A stretch of DNA of 64,000 nt from Eledone cirrhosa (Eukaryota), in NCBI GenBank assembly GCA_964016885.1, contig OZ024743.1, positions 180,668,001-180,732,000 on the forward strand. Reading direction: 5' to 3'. The notes beneath the pieces are model-generated. The model had not been told where the DNA came from and ran no database searches. It saw only the letters and a list, made by a program, of their open reading frames with translations. Below, piece by piece: positions 1 through 15,096 of the stretch; the first letter of the stretch is position 1, and each line of letters starts with the position of its first letter. The position numbers and the translations under genes were made by a program.

Positions 1-18
1 GTATATATATATATGTAT

Positions 19-106
<88 letters not shown>

Positions 107-128
107 TATATGTATATATATATGTATG

Positions 129-217
<89 letters not shown>

Positions 218-262
218 GTATGTATATATATATATATGTATGTATATGTATATATATATATA
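1..262. repeat. (TA)n microsatellite with TATG interruptions
   Basis: Direct reading. It produces the spurious YI-repeat ORFs. Confidence 0.98.
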
Positions 263-270
263 TTTTTTTT

Positions 271-416
271 TTTCACCGTATTTTAAACTAACGAAATTTC
301 TAGCCTGATAGTGGGGTTTATAACCCTCGGAGAAATGGAAAAAGATGAGTGTTGCCGTACAGGTTATAAACCCCACTATCAGGCTAGAAATTTCTTTAGT
401 CTAAAATACGGTGAAA
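271..416. repeat. Inverted repeat (~55-bp arms 271-325 / 362-416) in a small repeat element
   Basis: tttcaccgtattttaaactaacgaaatttctagcctgatagtggggtttataacc is nearly the reverse complement of ggttataaaccccactatcaggctagaaatttctttagtctaaaatacggtgaaa. A homologous copy lies at 19741-19876. Confidence 0.85.
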
Positions 417-499
417 GCTTATAATTTCTAATTTCTAATTTCAAACTCGCGCACCGCTTCAAAAACATACTTACAAATTTACGTTTATAATTTGCTTGT

Positions 500-1107
<608 letters not shown>

Positions 1108-1568
1108 AAATTGAAACAAAATGAAAACGAAATTTCATTTCTCACACTTAGTATGGCACTTACTTAAATGTAAGTATGCATGTATACGTACATACATATA
1201 TGTATACAGACGTACAGTAGCACGCACATATATATATACATATATATATACATATGCATACAGGTACACATACATATATGCACGTATCAGTTTAGCGGCG
1301 CTTATTATAACGTCGCTTTGTTCGTTTGTAAACAAACTGAACAGCCTGAATTTATGCCATACGGTGTTAAGGCAACCACGTCACCTTTTTGTTCAACACT
1401 GACACAGGAACGATGTACTGAAATTTCGTTTTCATTTTGTTTCAATTTATCTTTTTCGGTAAGCCTGACCGATTTAACTCACTCAATATGCAAATTAGGC
1501 TGCTCAGCCGTTAATTTTCATAAGGAAAGTATATACTTTCGAACGTTCAACTATCTGGCAGATGGGTA

Positions 1569-1613
1569 AACGGTGCTGATGATAGCTAACAAGCTTGAAA
1601 CTAGTACATCGTT
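1569..1613 (+). ncRNA. Minimal type I hammerhead ribozyme
   Basis: AACGGTG-CTGATGA-T AGCT aaca AGCT T-GAAA-CTAG-TA-CATCGTT: stem I 7 bp, intact core, palindromic stem III ACTAGT, GUA cleavage triplet. Confidence 0.88.
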
Positions 1614-2036
1614 CCTGTGTCAGTGTTGAACAAAAAGGTGACGTGGTTGCCTTAACACCGTATGGCATAAATTCAGGCTGTTCAGTTTGTTTACAAACGA
1701 ACAAAGCGACGTTATAATAAGCGCCGCTAAACTGATACGTGCATATATGTATGTGTACCTGTATGCATATGTATATATATATGTATATATATATATGTGC
1801 GTGCTACTGTACGTCTGTATACATATATGTATGTACGTATACATGCATACTTACATTTAAGTAAGTGCCATACTAAGAGTGAGAAATAAAATTTCGTTTT
1901 CATTTTGTTTCAATTTATCGTTTTCGGTATGCCTGACCGATTTAACTCACTCAATATGCAAATTAGGCTGCTCAGCCGTTAATTTTCATAAGGAAAGTAT
2001 ATACTTTCGAACGTTCAACTATCTGGCAGATGGGTA

Positions 2037-2081
2037 AACGGTGCTGATGATAGCTAACAAGCTTGAAACTAGTACATCGTT
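2037..2081 (+). ncRNA. Minimal type I hammerhead ribozyme (second tandem copy)
   Basis: Identical to 1569-1613, 468 bp downstream. Confidence 0.88.
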
Positions 2082-2325
2082 CCTGTGTCAGTGTTGAACA
2101 AAAAGGTGACGTGGTTGCCTTAACACCGTATGGCATAAATTCAGGCTGTTCAGTTTGTTTACAAACGAACAAAGCGACGTTATAATTAGCGCCGCTAAAC
2201 TGATACGTGCATATATGTATGTGTACCTGTATGCATATGTATATATATATGTATATATATATATATATATGTGCGTGCTACTGTACGTCTGTATACATAT
2301 ATGTATGTACGTATACATCCATACT

Positions 2326-3047
<722 letters not shown>

Positions 3048-3185
3048 TTAGAAAGTGAGGGTTTTTTTACAAAATGAAAAATAACCGAGGTGTCCTACAC
3101 GAGTGAAAGTATAAAGAAAAAGAGATGAAATCGAAAATGCAACTGGAGTCTTATTTTTAAAAAATATATATATATTTATTTGGTT

Positions 3186-3223
3186 CCTTTACCGGTTTCG
3201 CAGTTCTTCTGCTTTTCAAAAGG
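3186..3223 (-). ncRNA. Minimal type I hammerhead ribozyme, U3:A8 core variant
   Basis: Minus strand CCTT-TTGAAAA-GCAG aagaa CTGC-GAAA-CCGG-TA-AAGG. Palindromic stem III ACCGGT. Confidence 0.8.
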
Positions 3224-4260
3224 TGAGTTGAGATGGAGTGTCTGTGGTTTTTCTCACATCTGGTTGTTCTCTGAATGCTACTTGTTTTATATGGAAAAAG
3301 TGGCTCGAAATGCCAGGTTTTTCGAGAAGTAATTTGATTGGTTTGTCAATAATTATAATAAATTTCGCCCCAGTTCGCGTTACAATAGTTCTTCAAATAA
3401 GAGAGGGGGGGCTGTTGTCACAGGTTGTTTTTTCATACATGAGTGTTTGAATTTCTTTTTACTTGAAAAAAGGAGGCTCACGAAGGCTTTTTTTGGGTTG
3501 GTTATAAATGAAATTTGGCTGTCACATGAACAAGTTTTCATTACATTTTTGCGCCCTTATTTGGAAAACTATTCTGTAGTCTTTATAGTGAATGTTATGA
3601 CACTGGAGATATAGTGGTCAAGAGAAAAGGGATTGGGAGAAATGTTCTGGTTCAGTGAATATGGCCAGCTCGCCGGGGTGTCAGAGTTCAGATTTTCTAT
3701 TGAAGTGAAGATATGTATGTTTATTTGTGTGCTTGTATGTGTGTATGTGTGTATGTGTGTGTGTGTGTGTGTGTATGTGTGTATTGGAAGATGATTCTAT
3801 TAGTAGAGATGGGGGAGGGAGTTGTGTGTGTATATAGGTGTTATGTGTGTGTGTGCGAGTATGTTAAGATGGAGAGAATATATATTTTTTGTGTGTATAT
3901 ATATATATGTGTGTAGGAAAGTGGTTCTATTAGTAGAAATGGGGAGGGAGTTGTAGGTGTGGGGGTTGTTATGTGTGTGTATGGGTGTTATGTGTGTGGG
4001 AGTATGGTTAGCATGTTAAGATGAAGAGAATATATATATATATATATATTGTGTGTGTGTGTATGTGTGTGTGTAGGAAAGTGATTCCTTTAGTAGGAAT
4101 ATTTTTGAATGAACATATATTCCTTACTTTTTCGTGTTTGCTGTTGTATTGTCAGTGCAAACGTATGTTAAGGTTTATTTAGTTCGGTTTTTTATTTTCT
4201 AAAGTAGAAGGTGTTACGTGTGTGTGTGTATGTCATATTATGGTGTTGACATAATGTATA

Positions 4261-6530
4261 TTAAACCTTATTTAATGTTGGTCTATATTTTTGAATAAAC
4301 ATATTTTCCTTATTTATTCGCATTTGTTCTGTTGTATTTTTAGCGCAAAGGTAAAATGGGAAGACTTGGAATTTGGGTGTCTTATTACTTGCGCAAATGT
4401 CTAGATGTGCACTTAGTGGTATCTGTCTCGTGGTTGGATCTCGTAATTGTTGGCGATGAACTGTCATTCTGTTTCTGAGTGTGAGTTTAGTTTGTCCTAT
4501 ATAATCTTCATTGCATCCTTTACATTTAATGGCATAAATTAGATTTTTTGATGAGCAAGTGAAGTGATTTTTTACAGTAAAATATTGTCCTGATTTAAAT
4601 GTATACGTGTTGCCTTCAATGAGGTGAGTGCAGGTTCCACAATTAGAGCGACCACATTTTTTGATACTTGGTTGTGGGTTTGTGGTAGGTAATTTGGCAT
4701 TGGTGAGTAATATTTTCAGTGATTTTGGTTGTCTTTTGCTTTTGATTATTTTGTGTGTTTCAAGGGCTTTTTTCATTCTTGGGTTTTGTTTTAGTAGTGG
4801 GATGTTCTTGTGAATAGTGTTGTAAGCTTCCGCATTTCTTGGGGTGTGTGTTGAGATATATGATAGAATATTAGACGAACCTTGAATTTGTTTCTGTTTC
4901 CGTAAGTCATCAATGCCTATTGCTTTAGCCCTTTCTATTCCATTATTTATTAGTAATAGTGGGTACTCTCTCTCGAGTAGAATTTCCTTTAATTCTTGAA
5001 GTCTTTTATTTCGCGTTTCATAATTGGAGACAATTGTGCAAATTCTTCTTGCTAGGTTAAAAGGAATGTTCGTCTTCGTGTGCTTTGGATGGTTGGAGGT
5101 GAATAGCAGATATTGTTTGGAATCTGTTGGTTTGTAGTGTATGTCAGTTTCGATATTTGTGTCTTTTTTTAAGATTAAGATGTCCAGAAATGGGAGTTGA
5201 TCTTGGCTGTATTCCATTGTGAATTGGATGTGGTTATTGATGCCGTTTATTAAGTTTTTGAAATCCTTCAGTTGGTCGAGTGTGTGGGACCAAAGAATGA
5301 GGCAATCAGCCAAGTAACGTTTCCAATTCTCTGATAAATATTTGTGGAAGTTCAATCCGTATTTTGATTTGGACTGTTCATATATCTGGACTTCTAAGTA
5401 TGCCATGACTAAGTTGGCATAAGTTGGAGCGGCTTTTGTACCCATCGCAGTCCCCGATATTTGCTTGTAAGTATTGCCATCGAAATCAAAAAAGTTGTCC
5501 TGTAAGATGAATTTTAATCCCTCGGTGATGAAGCTTTTTCTATTCTGTCAGGTATCTCATTGGGATATTTCTCTAGCCAGAATCCTATTGCTTCTAGTCC
5601 GTATTGGTGTGGGATCGTTGTGTAGAGATTCACTACATCGAAAGACACAATAATAGTGTCGTTGTTGACATGTTTGGGGAGGTGGTTTAAGAGGTCCAGA
5701 TCGTCTCTTACAAGGCTTGGTATGTGTTTCAGTATTGGTTTCAGTAGTATGTCTATAAAGTTGCTCAATCTGTGTGTTTCACATTGTGGGCCCGCTACAA
5801 TTGGTCTTAATTTAAGGTATGTGGGGTATTGTGTGTTCACGCAGGCTGAGGCGGATTGTTTACAGGCATCGTTGATTATTTTACACTTGTGGATCTTCGG
5901 AAGTTCGTAAAGGTTGCTGGTTTTGTATTCAAAATTTGTTAAATAATCGCGTTCCTTTTTAGTTAGGTCTTCCTGGTATCGATAAATCAGTGTGTTTAAT
6001 TTGGTCATTATTTTTGATTGCTGGTAGTTTTTTACTCTTTCATAGTAATTAGTATTTTGTAAGAGAGAGAACATATAATTTTTATATTTTTCAGCCTCCA
6101 TAATGACAACAGTACTTCCCTTGTCCGCTTCCTTAATTACAATGTCCGTATTTTTTTTTAGTTCATGGATAATCTCCCATTCCCTTCGACTTGTGTTGGG
6201 TCTGGGTTTAGGTTGCGGTAGTTCATGGTATGGGAAGGTAGATATGTGGTCACAAAATTTGTCCAGAACTCTGTTTCTACCTTTTGTTGGGTTGTAGCTG
6301 CTTTTATTCCGTACAATTGATTCGTCGTTATTCTCCTTGTCAAAGAATTCCTCTGTGAGACGTAATTTTCTACAGAAGTGGGAGATATCGTCATTTATCT
6401 CGTTGGGGTTAGGGTATTGTGGTGTTGGTGTGAATTTCAGACCTTTGGAGAGAATTTTTACTTGTTGGGCTGAGATGTTTGTATTTGAAATGTTAATTAT
6501 TTTCGGTTTTTCAAAATCGGTTTGTGCCAC
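4261..6530 (-). pseudogene. PLE RT-GIY-YIG polyprotein, frameshifted (ORFs 5514-6530 and 4261-5445)
   Basis: LSKGLKFTPTP, IKEADKGSTVV, LPKIHK, LRPIVAG, SFDVVNLYTTIP, MGTKAAPTYANL. Catalytic YLDD reads YLAD (mutated). KCGRSNCGTC linker and NLIYAIKC..C...YIGQT endonuclease. Confidence 0.93.
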
Positions 6531-7315
6531 CGGGTGTCGTGAGTCCTGTAGCCTTGGTCTAAAAAATGATTTTTCTGGAATGTTTTTTCATTGGTATTAT
6601 TATATCTAATGGTATTTCCTCTGTTGTTGTGTGGTCTTGTTTAGGAGTTTCGGACGTATTGAGGTTCGTTTTGTTGATAGTCCGGGTTGTAGATTTGGTC
6701 CTTTGTGTGGGTTGGGATCTACGGTTTTGGAACAGGCTCTGTGTGGGCAGGGGTCTACGGTTTTGGAATAGGTTTTGTGTGGGTTGTGATCTGCGGATCA
6801 GGTCCTGCCTTGTGTTCAGGGATCTTTGGTTTTTGTTAGTAGGGTTATAGTTTTGTCTATGGTTTCTGGGATTATCGTTATGGTTTTCTGGGGGTATGTT
6901 GGACGTTTTGTTACTTTTTTTGTTATTTGTTGTGCATGTGGTGTGTGAGTTTTAGTTTGTTTTAAAAATGGGTTACCTGTATGTTGTTCATTTTTGAAGT
7001 CCATTTCGTAGTTGTTGAACCAGGTGGCGTTTTTTTCCCATCGCTGGAGGGATGTTAGTTCTTCATCCTCATAGTTTTCTTTCCAAAGTTTTAGGGGTTT
7101 TTTTGTAGAGTAGGCCTTCAGAGTGCTTTGAGATTTCTGTGTCCATCAGTTGGGCGAGTGACTTGAATTTGTCTTCGTTGGAGTTGGCTCTTAATCGCAA
7201 CAGTTCTATTTTTATATATATATACATATACATATATATATATATATATACATATATATATACATATATATCATATATATATACACATATATATATATAT
7301 ATATCATATATATAT

Positions 7316-7380
<65 letters not shown>

Positions 7381-7406
7381 TTTTATTTTTTTTATTTTAT
7401 AGAAGG

Positions 7407-7457
7407 AACTTCTAGAGGACTAGTACTGTTTCATTCAGATGAAATCTTCAGGAAGCT
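7407..7457 (-). ncRNA. Type I hammerhead ribozyme (one stem III mismatch)
   Basis: Inverted copy of 9651-9701, with CTCTA instead of CTGTA. Confidence 0.7.
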
Positions 7458-8003
7458 GGGTGTCATATTAAGTTCTGGTATTTATACATTTAGGTAGTGG
7501 CAAGGGAGGGGTGGTGGATGGAGGTATTTAGATACACAGGACCACTTCATGGCACAGGCCGTTTTTTCTATGTGGAGTGGTCAATTAGCCAGAGTGCTTT
7601 TTTGAAATAAATAAATAAGTAAATAAATAAATAAATAAATAAATGAATAAATAAATAGATAAATGAATAAATAATAAATAAAGAAATAAATAAAAAATAA
7701 ATAAATAAATAAAAACCCCAAGAATAGTAATTCAACAGATATATAGTAGGGAAATTTTTAGGTGGGTTGGTAATAGAAATTAAACATTTAACAAGACCGA
7801 ATCATGGCACAGACTGGGGTGAGTGGTCAAGTTAACATACAAGCCACAGGTGGCCAGAGTGTTTTAGTAGGATGGAAAGAATAAAATATATTTACATACT
7901 CACAGCCACATACAAAAACACTTACAGACACACATACATATAAACCTACATACACATACACACACACATACACATGTGTGTGTGTGCACACCCACACATT
8001 CAC

Positions 8004-8074
<71 letters not shown>

Positions 8075-8200
8075 TGTGTGCGCATACACATACACACACA
8101 CACACATACATATACGCACACACACATACATACACATATATACATATATACACAGGAAAAACACAAACACACAAATATACACACACACACGCATACACAT

Positions 8201-8262
<62 letters not shown>

Positions 8263-9179
8263 CTACACATCCACACGCGCGCATACACATACATATATAC
8301 ACATACATATATACATATATACATATATATGCATACATACACACATATATATACACATATACATATATATATATATATATATACACACCTGCAAGTACGT
8401 ATGTCTCTCTCGTGTAAACTATACTATACATACACATACATACATTTGCACACACATACATACACATACATACACACACACACACAAACACATACATTCA
8501 CACATATATATACGTATATACACATACACACACACATATAAATTTTAAATTTTAAACTGGGCCTGATAGAGGATTAAAATAATTAATGTCACTATTAAGT
8601 TATTAATAGTATCATCAAGTAATTAATTACTATTTATTATTTATTACTTACTATTTACCATTCACTATTCGTTACCTATCTTTTATCCTTTATCTAATAC
8701 CTAATCATTCACTCATAAATTAATAAATAAATGAAAGAGTTAACTAACAAACGAACAAACAAACAAGCAGATAAACAAATAAACCAGTAAATAAGCAAAT
8801 AAATAAACAAGTAAATAAATAAATGGATAAATAAATAAATAAGTAAATAAAGTAACTAAATAAATAAATAAATAAATAACTAAATAAATATACAAGTTAA
8901 ATAGATAAATAAATCATGAACGTGTGCGTGCAGCATTTCATAACTGCATGTATGCAAACATGAGCAGGTATATACGTGAATTTGTGTGTGCGGCCACGGA
9001 ACTTTACTCAGAGGCATACAACACAATATATAAGACCTGGAGGGGAGGAAAGAAGGTAATAATGAGAAATAGAGGGGAGGAAAGAGGGTAATAATGAGAG
9101 ATGGAGGGACGGAAATGGGAAGGGGGGCTGGGGTGGGGTGGTGATATGAGGAGGGGGGGGGGTCAGTCGGGGGGCCGGG

Positions 9180-9420
9180 GGGGTCTGTAGTTTTTGTAAT
9201 TTGCATAGTTCTTGTGCATGCAATTAGGGGAGTGTTCCGAGATCTTGTTGAGGAGAGGGCCTTTGGCGAATAGAATCTCATAGCTCTCGGAGATACAGAG
9301 GTCACAGCAATTATGGCCTCCCGTGTATGATCGCGCTCTCTGGAGTAGTCTCCATAGGGTCTTGAAGGGGATGGAGTTCTTTTTTAGGTGCCAGATGTGG
9401 GCGGCGAGTGTAGTTTGCCT
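9180..9420 (-). pseudogene. C-terminal fragment of a PLE GIY-YIG endonuclease
   Basis: Manual translation RQTTLAAHIWHLKKNSIPFKTLWRLLQRARSYTGGHNCCDLCISESYEILFAKGPLLNKISEHSPNCMHK aligns with TTLANKTWQL...LKWKKL...CRLCDLE...LLNNKIE...CNH of ORF 29284-30450. Not in the supplied ORF track. Confidence 0.8.
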
Positions 9421-9650
9421 CTGAGTAAAGTATTTATTATTTATTCATTTATCTATTTATTTATTCATTTATTTATTTATTTACTTATTTATTTATTTCA
9501 AAAAAGCACTCTGGCTAATTGACCACTCCCCATAGAAAAAACGGCCTGTGCCATGAAGTGGTCCTGTGTATCTAAATACCCCCCCCCCATCCACCACCCC
9601 TCCCTTGCCACTACCTAAATGTATAAATACCAGAACTTAATATGACACCC

Positions 9651-9701
9651 AGCTTCCTGAAGATTTCATCTGAATGAAACAGTACTAGTCCTGTAGAAGT
9701 T
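9651..9701 (+). ncRNA. Type I hammerhead ribozyme
   Basis: AGCTTC-CTGAAGA-T TTC atct GAA T-GAAA-CAG tactagtc CTG-TA-GAAGTT. All three stems form, GUA site. Confidence 0.85.
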
Positions 9702-9940
9702 CCTTCTATAAAATAAAAAAAATGTTACTCTGCCATGTATTGAGTACCTTACTTACTGTGGTTATCCCCGACTCAACCCGGGACCTACGTATATATATAT
9801 ATATATATATATATATACAAATATAAATACAGCGAGAATCGCATTTGTGCGGGTAGAAAAAGCGAAACGAAACGCAAAATCAGAGTTATGGTGGCAAGCG
9901 CTCCATAGTTAAAAAACCAGAGCTAAACATATATGTTAAA

Positions 9941-9999
9941 CATTATACATATTTCAAGGGCCACCAAGGCAAACTATGGTGCGCTTTCATCAGATAAAA
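9941..9999 (-). ncRNA. Putative hammerhead ribozyme (copies at 14925-14983 +, 15218-15276 -, 16870-16928 +)
   Basis: CTGATGA-AAGCGCACCA tagtttgcct TGGTGGCCCTT-GAAA-TATG-TA. Core and stem II are good but stem I pairs poorly. The 14925 copy has CAAA for GAAA. Confidence 0.55.
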
Positions 10000-10185
10000 T
10001 ATAATAGAGGTTAGTTTTATAAATAAATATTGACATACCCTGAGAAAATGCAACCATTCTGGTTGAAATCTCCTGGATAAATATAGTTTCCATATTGTAT
10101 ATTTACTCCATTAATTTGTTGAGTGCTTTATATTAGCTATAAAAATATTTTGCTTGTTGTATCCCAACAAATTAAATATAACCTC

Positions 10186-10281
<96 letters not shown>

Positions 10282-11020
10282 TCACAAGAATCAAAGCTAT
10301 GTTCAAAGCATTTATTCACTTACAATTGTTTCATCCAAACCTTGGCTTGGTGTCTTCGGACCATTTTTCAATGTTTGTACACATAATTCACCTCCTTTCC
10401 AACGCAAGAGACTTACAGATACATATGTATATATTGATGTACAGTGGAGTGACATATATAATATATTATTACTGTATAGCAATTCAAAATCAAAATTAAA
10501 ATTAAAACAAAACTAAAACAAAATTAAAATACATTCAGCAGTTAACATAGATAATGCAAAAGGATAGTTTGTTAGTCAGGTGTAGTAGTTAGTGTATGCG
10601 TTAGTTACACGTGGGGCATGCACGTGTGTCTCATTTATATATGATTATTGTGTGGCAGGGTGTTACATGTAATACAAGCACTTTAAGCGGGTAAGTAAAA
10701 GTATTACCGAGGTTGTAGTGGTAAGGTATTTTTTGTATATAATAAAAAAGTATGTGTGCAGAAAAATAAAAATAAACAGGAGAATCAAAAGAAAGTTATG
10801 GTTTTCGTATCCACCACCATTTTCACATTCAGGAAAAGAAAATAATAGTTTATACATCCATCACATAAGTAACAATGATTCCGTATTGGATGCATTAAAT
10901 TAAATTATTTTAACAATGATTCCGTATTGGATGCATTAAATTAAATTATTTTAGCTTATTGCGGCTATAGAATAGGTTGATTCTGCTACGAGAATTTACA
11001 TCGGTTTATTATCCGGAAGT

Positions 11021-13123
11021 ATGTCTATTAATGAATTCAAAACAAGTAGTAAAATTATTGTGCATGCGGACAAAACTAATAACATATACAGCCTAGATTA
11101 TGATACATATAGAAAGTTTATATATAATGAACTACATAAGAGCTACAAGAAAACTACTATGAAAAACTTAGAAGAAATTAATATAGAAGGCCGTAGTATA
11201 GTGTCCAAACTGGGACTTCAGAGACATACACAACCATACACCCCAAACCCCCCTAGATTCTCTCTGAAGAACCATAAGGAGGATTTCATTAGCAACCCCT
11301 CGATTAGACTAATCTGCCCTTCCAAGTCTGAAATTGGCATTATCATTAAGAAAATTTTAGATAAAATCATCCCACAGATTAAACACAAAATATACCTTAA
11401 ACAATGGGGAAATACAGGTGAAGTTATTGAATGGTTCAAGGATATCAAGGAAAACAAAGATAAATAATTTATTCAATTTGATATCAATTCATACTACACC
11501 TCTATTTCTCCTATCCTATTAAATAAGGCACTAATTCTGGCCATGAACTATAGTGACCTGACTAGACCACAGATTGATGTCATACTTGCGGCCCGTAAAA
11601 CCGTAATCACTTTTGAAGACCAGTTATGGACCCGCAAGGATACGCAAAATAACTTCGACATAAACATGGGATCTAGTGACTCGGCGCAGGTCACTAATTT
11701 AGTGGGCCTATACTTACTAAACGATATCCATACCTCAACGGTGGTTTGTACCGCGATGATGCATTTCTCCTTATAGACTATAAAAAATTTAATATAGAAA
11801 GAACTAGAAAACTATTGCACAAGACTTTCAAAAACTATAACCTAAGTATCACTATAGACAAAAAGACTAAAAATGTTAACTTCCTAGATGCCACCCTCTA
11901 CCTAGACTCTAGGATATATACACCATTCCATAAACCTAACGAAAAACTGATTTACGTAGATACCAAGTCTAACCACCCTAGATCAATATTAAACTCTATC
12001 TCTAAGGGAATATCCAATAGAATCTCTAATCTATCTTATGACGAAAACATATTTAGCAAAAACTCACAAGATTATAATCAGGCATTAGCTAGATCAGGCC
12101 ATAATAATGAGATCGAGTTCCTTCCCACAAAAACACATAGTTACAACATTATTTCGCACAATATGTCCATGAGGAAAAATAGTAATAAGAATAATAACCA
12201 CACACACACTAGTACGAAGGGTGGCAACAAACGTAACCCACACCAGGGAAGTCACCAAAATACCATAAACGGAAGCATCTCACCAGACATAAAAAAACAA
12301 AAATAGAAGAAGAAATAATACATTTTTCAATCTAAACGTCTTTACCAACCTACCTAAGGCTTTCTTCTCACTCCTGGATAAAAACTTCCCATCTGGCCAC
12401 AAGTACCATAGTCTTATAAACAAAACCACAATTAAAATCTCCTACTCGACAACGCCTAACATAGCATACCACATAGCTAGTAGCAATAAAAGAAAAATTA
12501 ATACTTACTTACAACAAACTAAAACACGGCAGGGGGTAAACCTTCAAAACAACGTCATATCTGCAAACCCTGATATCAATAGTAATAATAGTAATAGCAC
12601 TAGTGTAAGCAATAACGCTGGGAGCGACAACCCCATAGCCATAATGCAATAACTAGCAACCAAACTTCTACACAACATAATAACCGGCAGGTTAACATCC
12701 AAAATAATTGTAACTGTAGATCTAATAGAACCTGCCCTTTAGATAAAAACTGCTTAATCAAGGACATCATATACTCATGCACCGTCATAACTAGCAACTC
12801 TTCTGAAACCTATATAGGCTCTACTTCGAACTGCTTCAAAACCAGATACAATTCACACCTCCATTCTTTCAAAAAACACAGTCTAGCCAACTCCACTTCA
12901 CTATCTAGCTACATACACTATCTAAAAACTAAAAATAGATCTTATACACTTAAATGGGAAGTGATAGGTACAAACCACCTAATAAATTCTGTAACCTCTA
13001 TCTACTAGAGACCCATACTATAATCTTCTCAAACCATAACCTCCTTAATAAAAAATCGGAAGTGTTTGCGTCGTGCCAGGACCGCTTCCGGCACTCCTTC
13101 CAAAACTTTAAACCCAATATATA
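11021..13123 (+). pseudogene. PLE RT-GIY-YIG, several stops and frameshifts
   Basis: ADKTNNIY, IRLICPSKSEIG, FDINMGSSDSAQVTNLVG, YRDDAFL, VNFLDATL, SNHPRSI. Manual frame NCNCRSNRTCPLDKNCLIKDIIYSC...YIGSTS at about 12700-12830. Confidence 0.92.
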
Positions 13124-15028
13124 ACAATGTCAGACTTGAACCCAGCACCACTTCTAACACTACACCTCAAGGGCACACCTTACACCACAACTACACACTC
13201 TCTGATCCACCCTATCTCAACACAAATCATTCCATCTGTCTATAACTTTATACCCTAGAAATATCCCCATGAACACCTACTTTTAGTATAATTACTTTCA
13301 ATTGCTTATAACTATATAGTGATACAATGCAGTCTATGTAAGCTTTAAATACCAGATTCAACAATTAATTATTTATGCAATTGTATTTGTATGTATGGAG
13401 TGATAACATTGGATATATATAAGATTAATTTATTAACATAGGAGATCTGTATAATTTATATGTTGAGTGCAATGAATTATGTATGAATGGTGAGTTATAT
13501 ATGCAAGTATAACTTGATGGATAGATTAATGACATTGTAAATGAGGGATGTTTTTGTCTGCCCTAGAATGTATTTGGCTTTGCCATGCAAACAGCCATAC
13601 ACTGCTCCATAACTTACCAGGGGTTATGTAGACATAATTCTAATAGGTCCCCTGACATGTTCTGTGAGTAAACTACATTTGCAAAGAAATTTGATATAAA
13701 GATATGGCTCTTTGTATGGAATATCCTGTTGTGGCAATGTATGATAATGAGTAATCATCCTAATATAAATACCTTTAGTACATCATGATAGAGAAGACTG
13801 TATTTAAAATTGGAAACTGGATATAAATATATAACCGTCTATATAAGGGACTCAATTGAGACACCTTATATTGTATGTTGGAACAATGAATTTAGTTATG
13901 GAAATCAGTTACCTGCCCTTACGCATTAACTCCCCTTAATTACACACATACTTCCGGATAATAAACCGATGTAAATTCTCGCAGCAGAATCAACCTATTC
14001 TATAAAATTGGATTAAACAACACTGAGCCGCAATAAGCTAAAATAATTTAATTTAATGCATCAAACATCCAATACGGAATCATCGTTACTTATGTGATGG
14101 ATGTATAAACTATTATTTTCTTTTCCTGAATGTGAAAATGGTGGTGGATACGAAAACCATAACTTTCTTTTGATTCTCCTGTTTATTTTTATTTTTCTGC
14201 ACACATACTTTTTTATTATATACAAAAAATACCTTACCACTACAACCTCTGTAATACTCTTACTTACCCGCTTAAAGTGCTTGTATTACATGTAACACCC
14301 TGCCACACAATAATCATATATAAATGAGACACACGTGCATTCCCCACGTGTAACTAACGCATACACTAACTACTACACCTGACTAACAAACTCTCCTCTT
14401 GCATTATCTATGTTAACTGCCGAATGTATTTTAATTTTTGTTTTAATTTTGTTTTAATTTTAATTTTGATTTTGATTTTGAATTTGAATTGATATACAGT
14501 AATAATATAATATAATATATGTCACTCCACTGTACATCAATATATACTTATGTATCTGTATGTCTATTGCGTTGGAAAGGAGGTGAATTATGTGTACAAA
14601 CATTGAAAAATGCTCCGAAGACACGAAGCCTAGGTTTGGATGAAACAATTGTAAATGAATAAATACTTTGAACATAATTTTGATTCTTGTGAATTCTATA
14701 TATATATATATATAGGTGTGTGTGTGTAGAGGTTATATTTAATTTGTTGGGATACAACAAGCAAAATATTTTTATAACTGATATAAAGCACTCAACAAAT
14801 TATTGGAGTAAATATACAATATATTAACAAATGGAAACTATATCTATCCAGGAGATTCCAACCAGAATGGTTGCATTTTCTCAGGGTATGTCAATATTTA
14901 TTTATAAAACTAACCTCTATTATATTTTATCTGATGAAAGCGCACGATAGTTTGCCTTGGAGGCTCTTCAAATATGTATAATGAAATAAATATGGTTTTA
15001 TAAATATAGTTTCCATTTGTTAATATAT

Positions 15029-15092
<64 letters not shown>

Positions 15093-15096
<4 letters not shown>

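Larger units (their letters stand above)
3048..7208 (-). mobile_element. Penelope-like element, 5'-truncated (Neptune-like Cys linker)
   Basis: RT and GIY-YIG ORF pieces, long 3' region with an HHR at 3186-3223, both ends abut (TA)n. Confidence 0.9.
7385..9789 (-). mobile_element. 5'-truncated PLE (Naiad-like C-terminus, microsatellite-rich 3' region) with inverted 3'-end copy at 9432-9789
   Basis: About 7385-7680 and about 9432-9722 are inverted repeats, each with an HHR. GIY-YIG C-terminal fragment at about 9180-9420. Confidence 0.8.
9815..15037 (+). mobile_element. 5'-truncated Naiad-like PLE preceded by an inverted copy of its 3' ~1.1 kb
   Basis: 9941-11023 is the reverse complement of about 13947-14983. 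Coding remnants 11021-13123. Confidence 0.88.
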
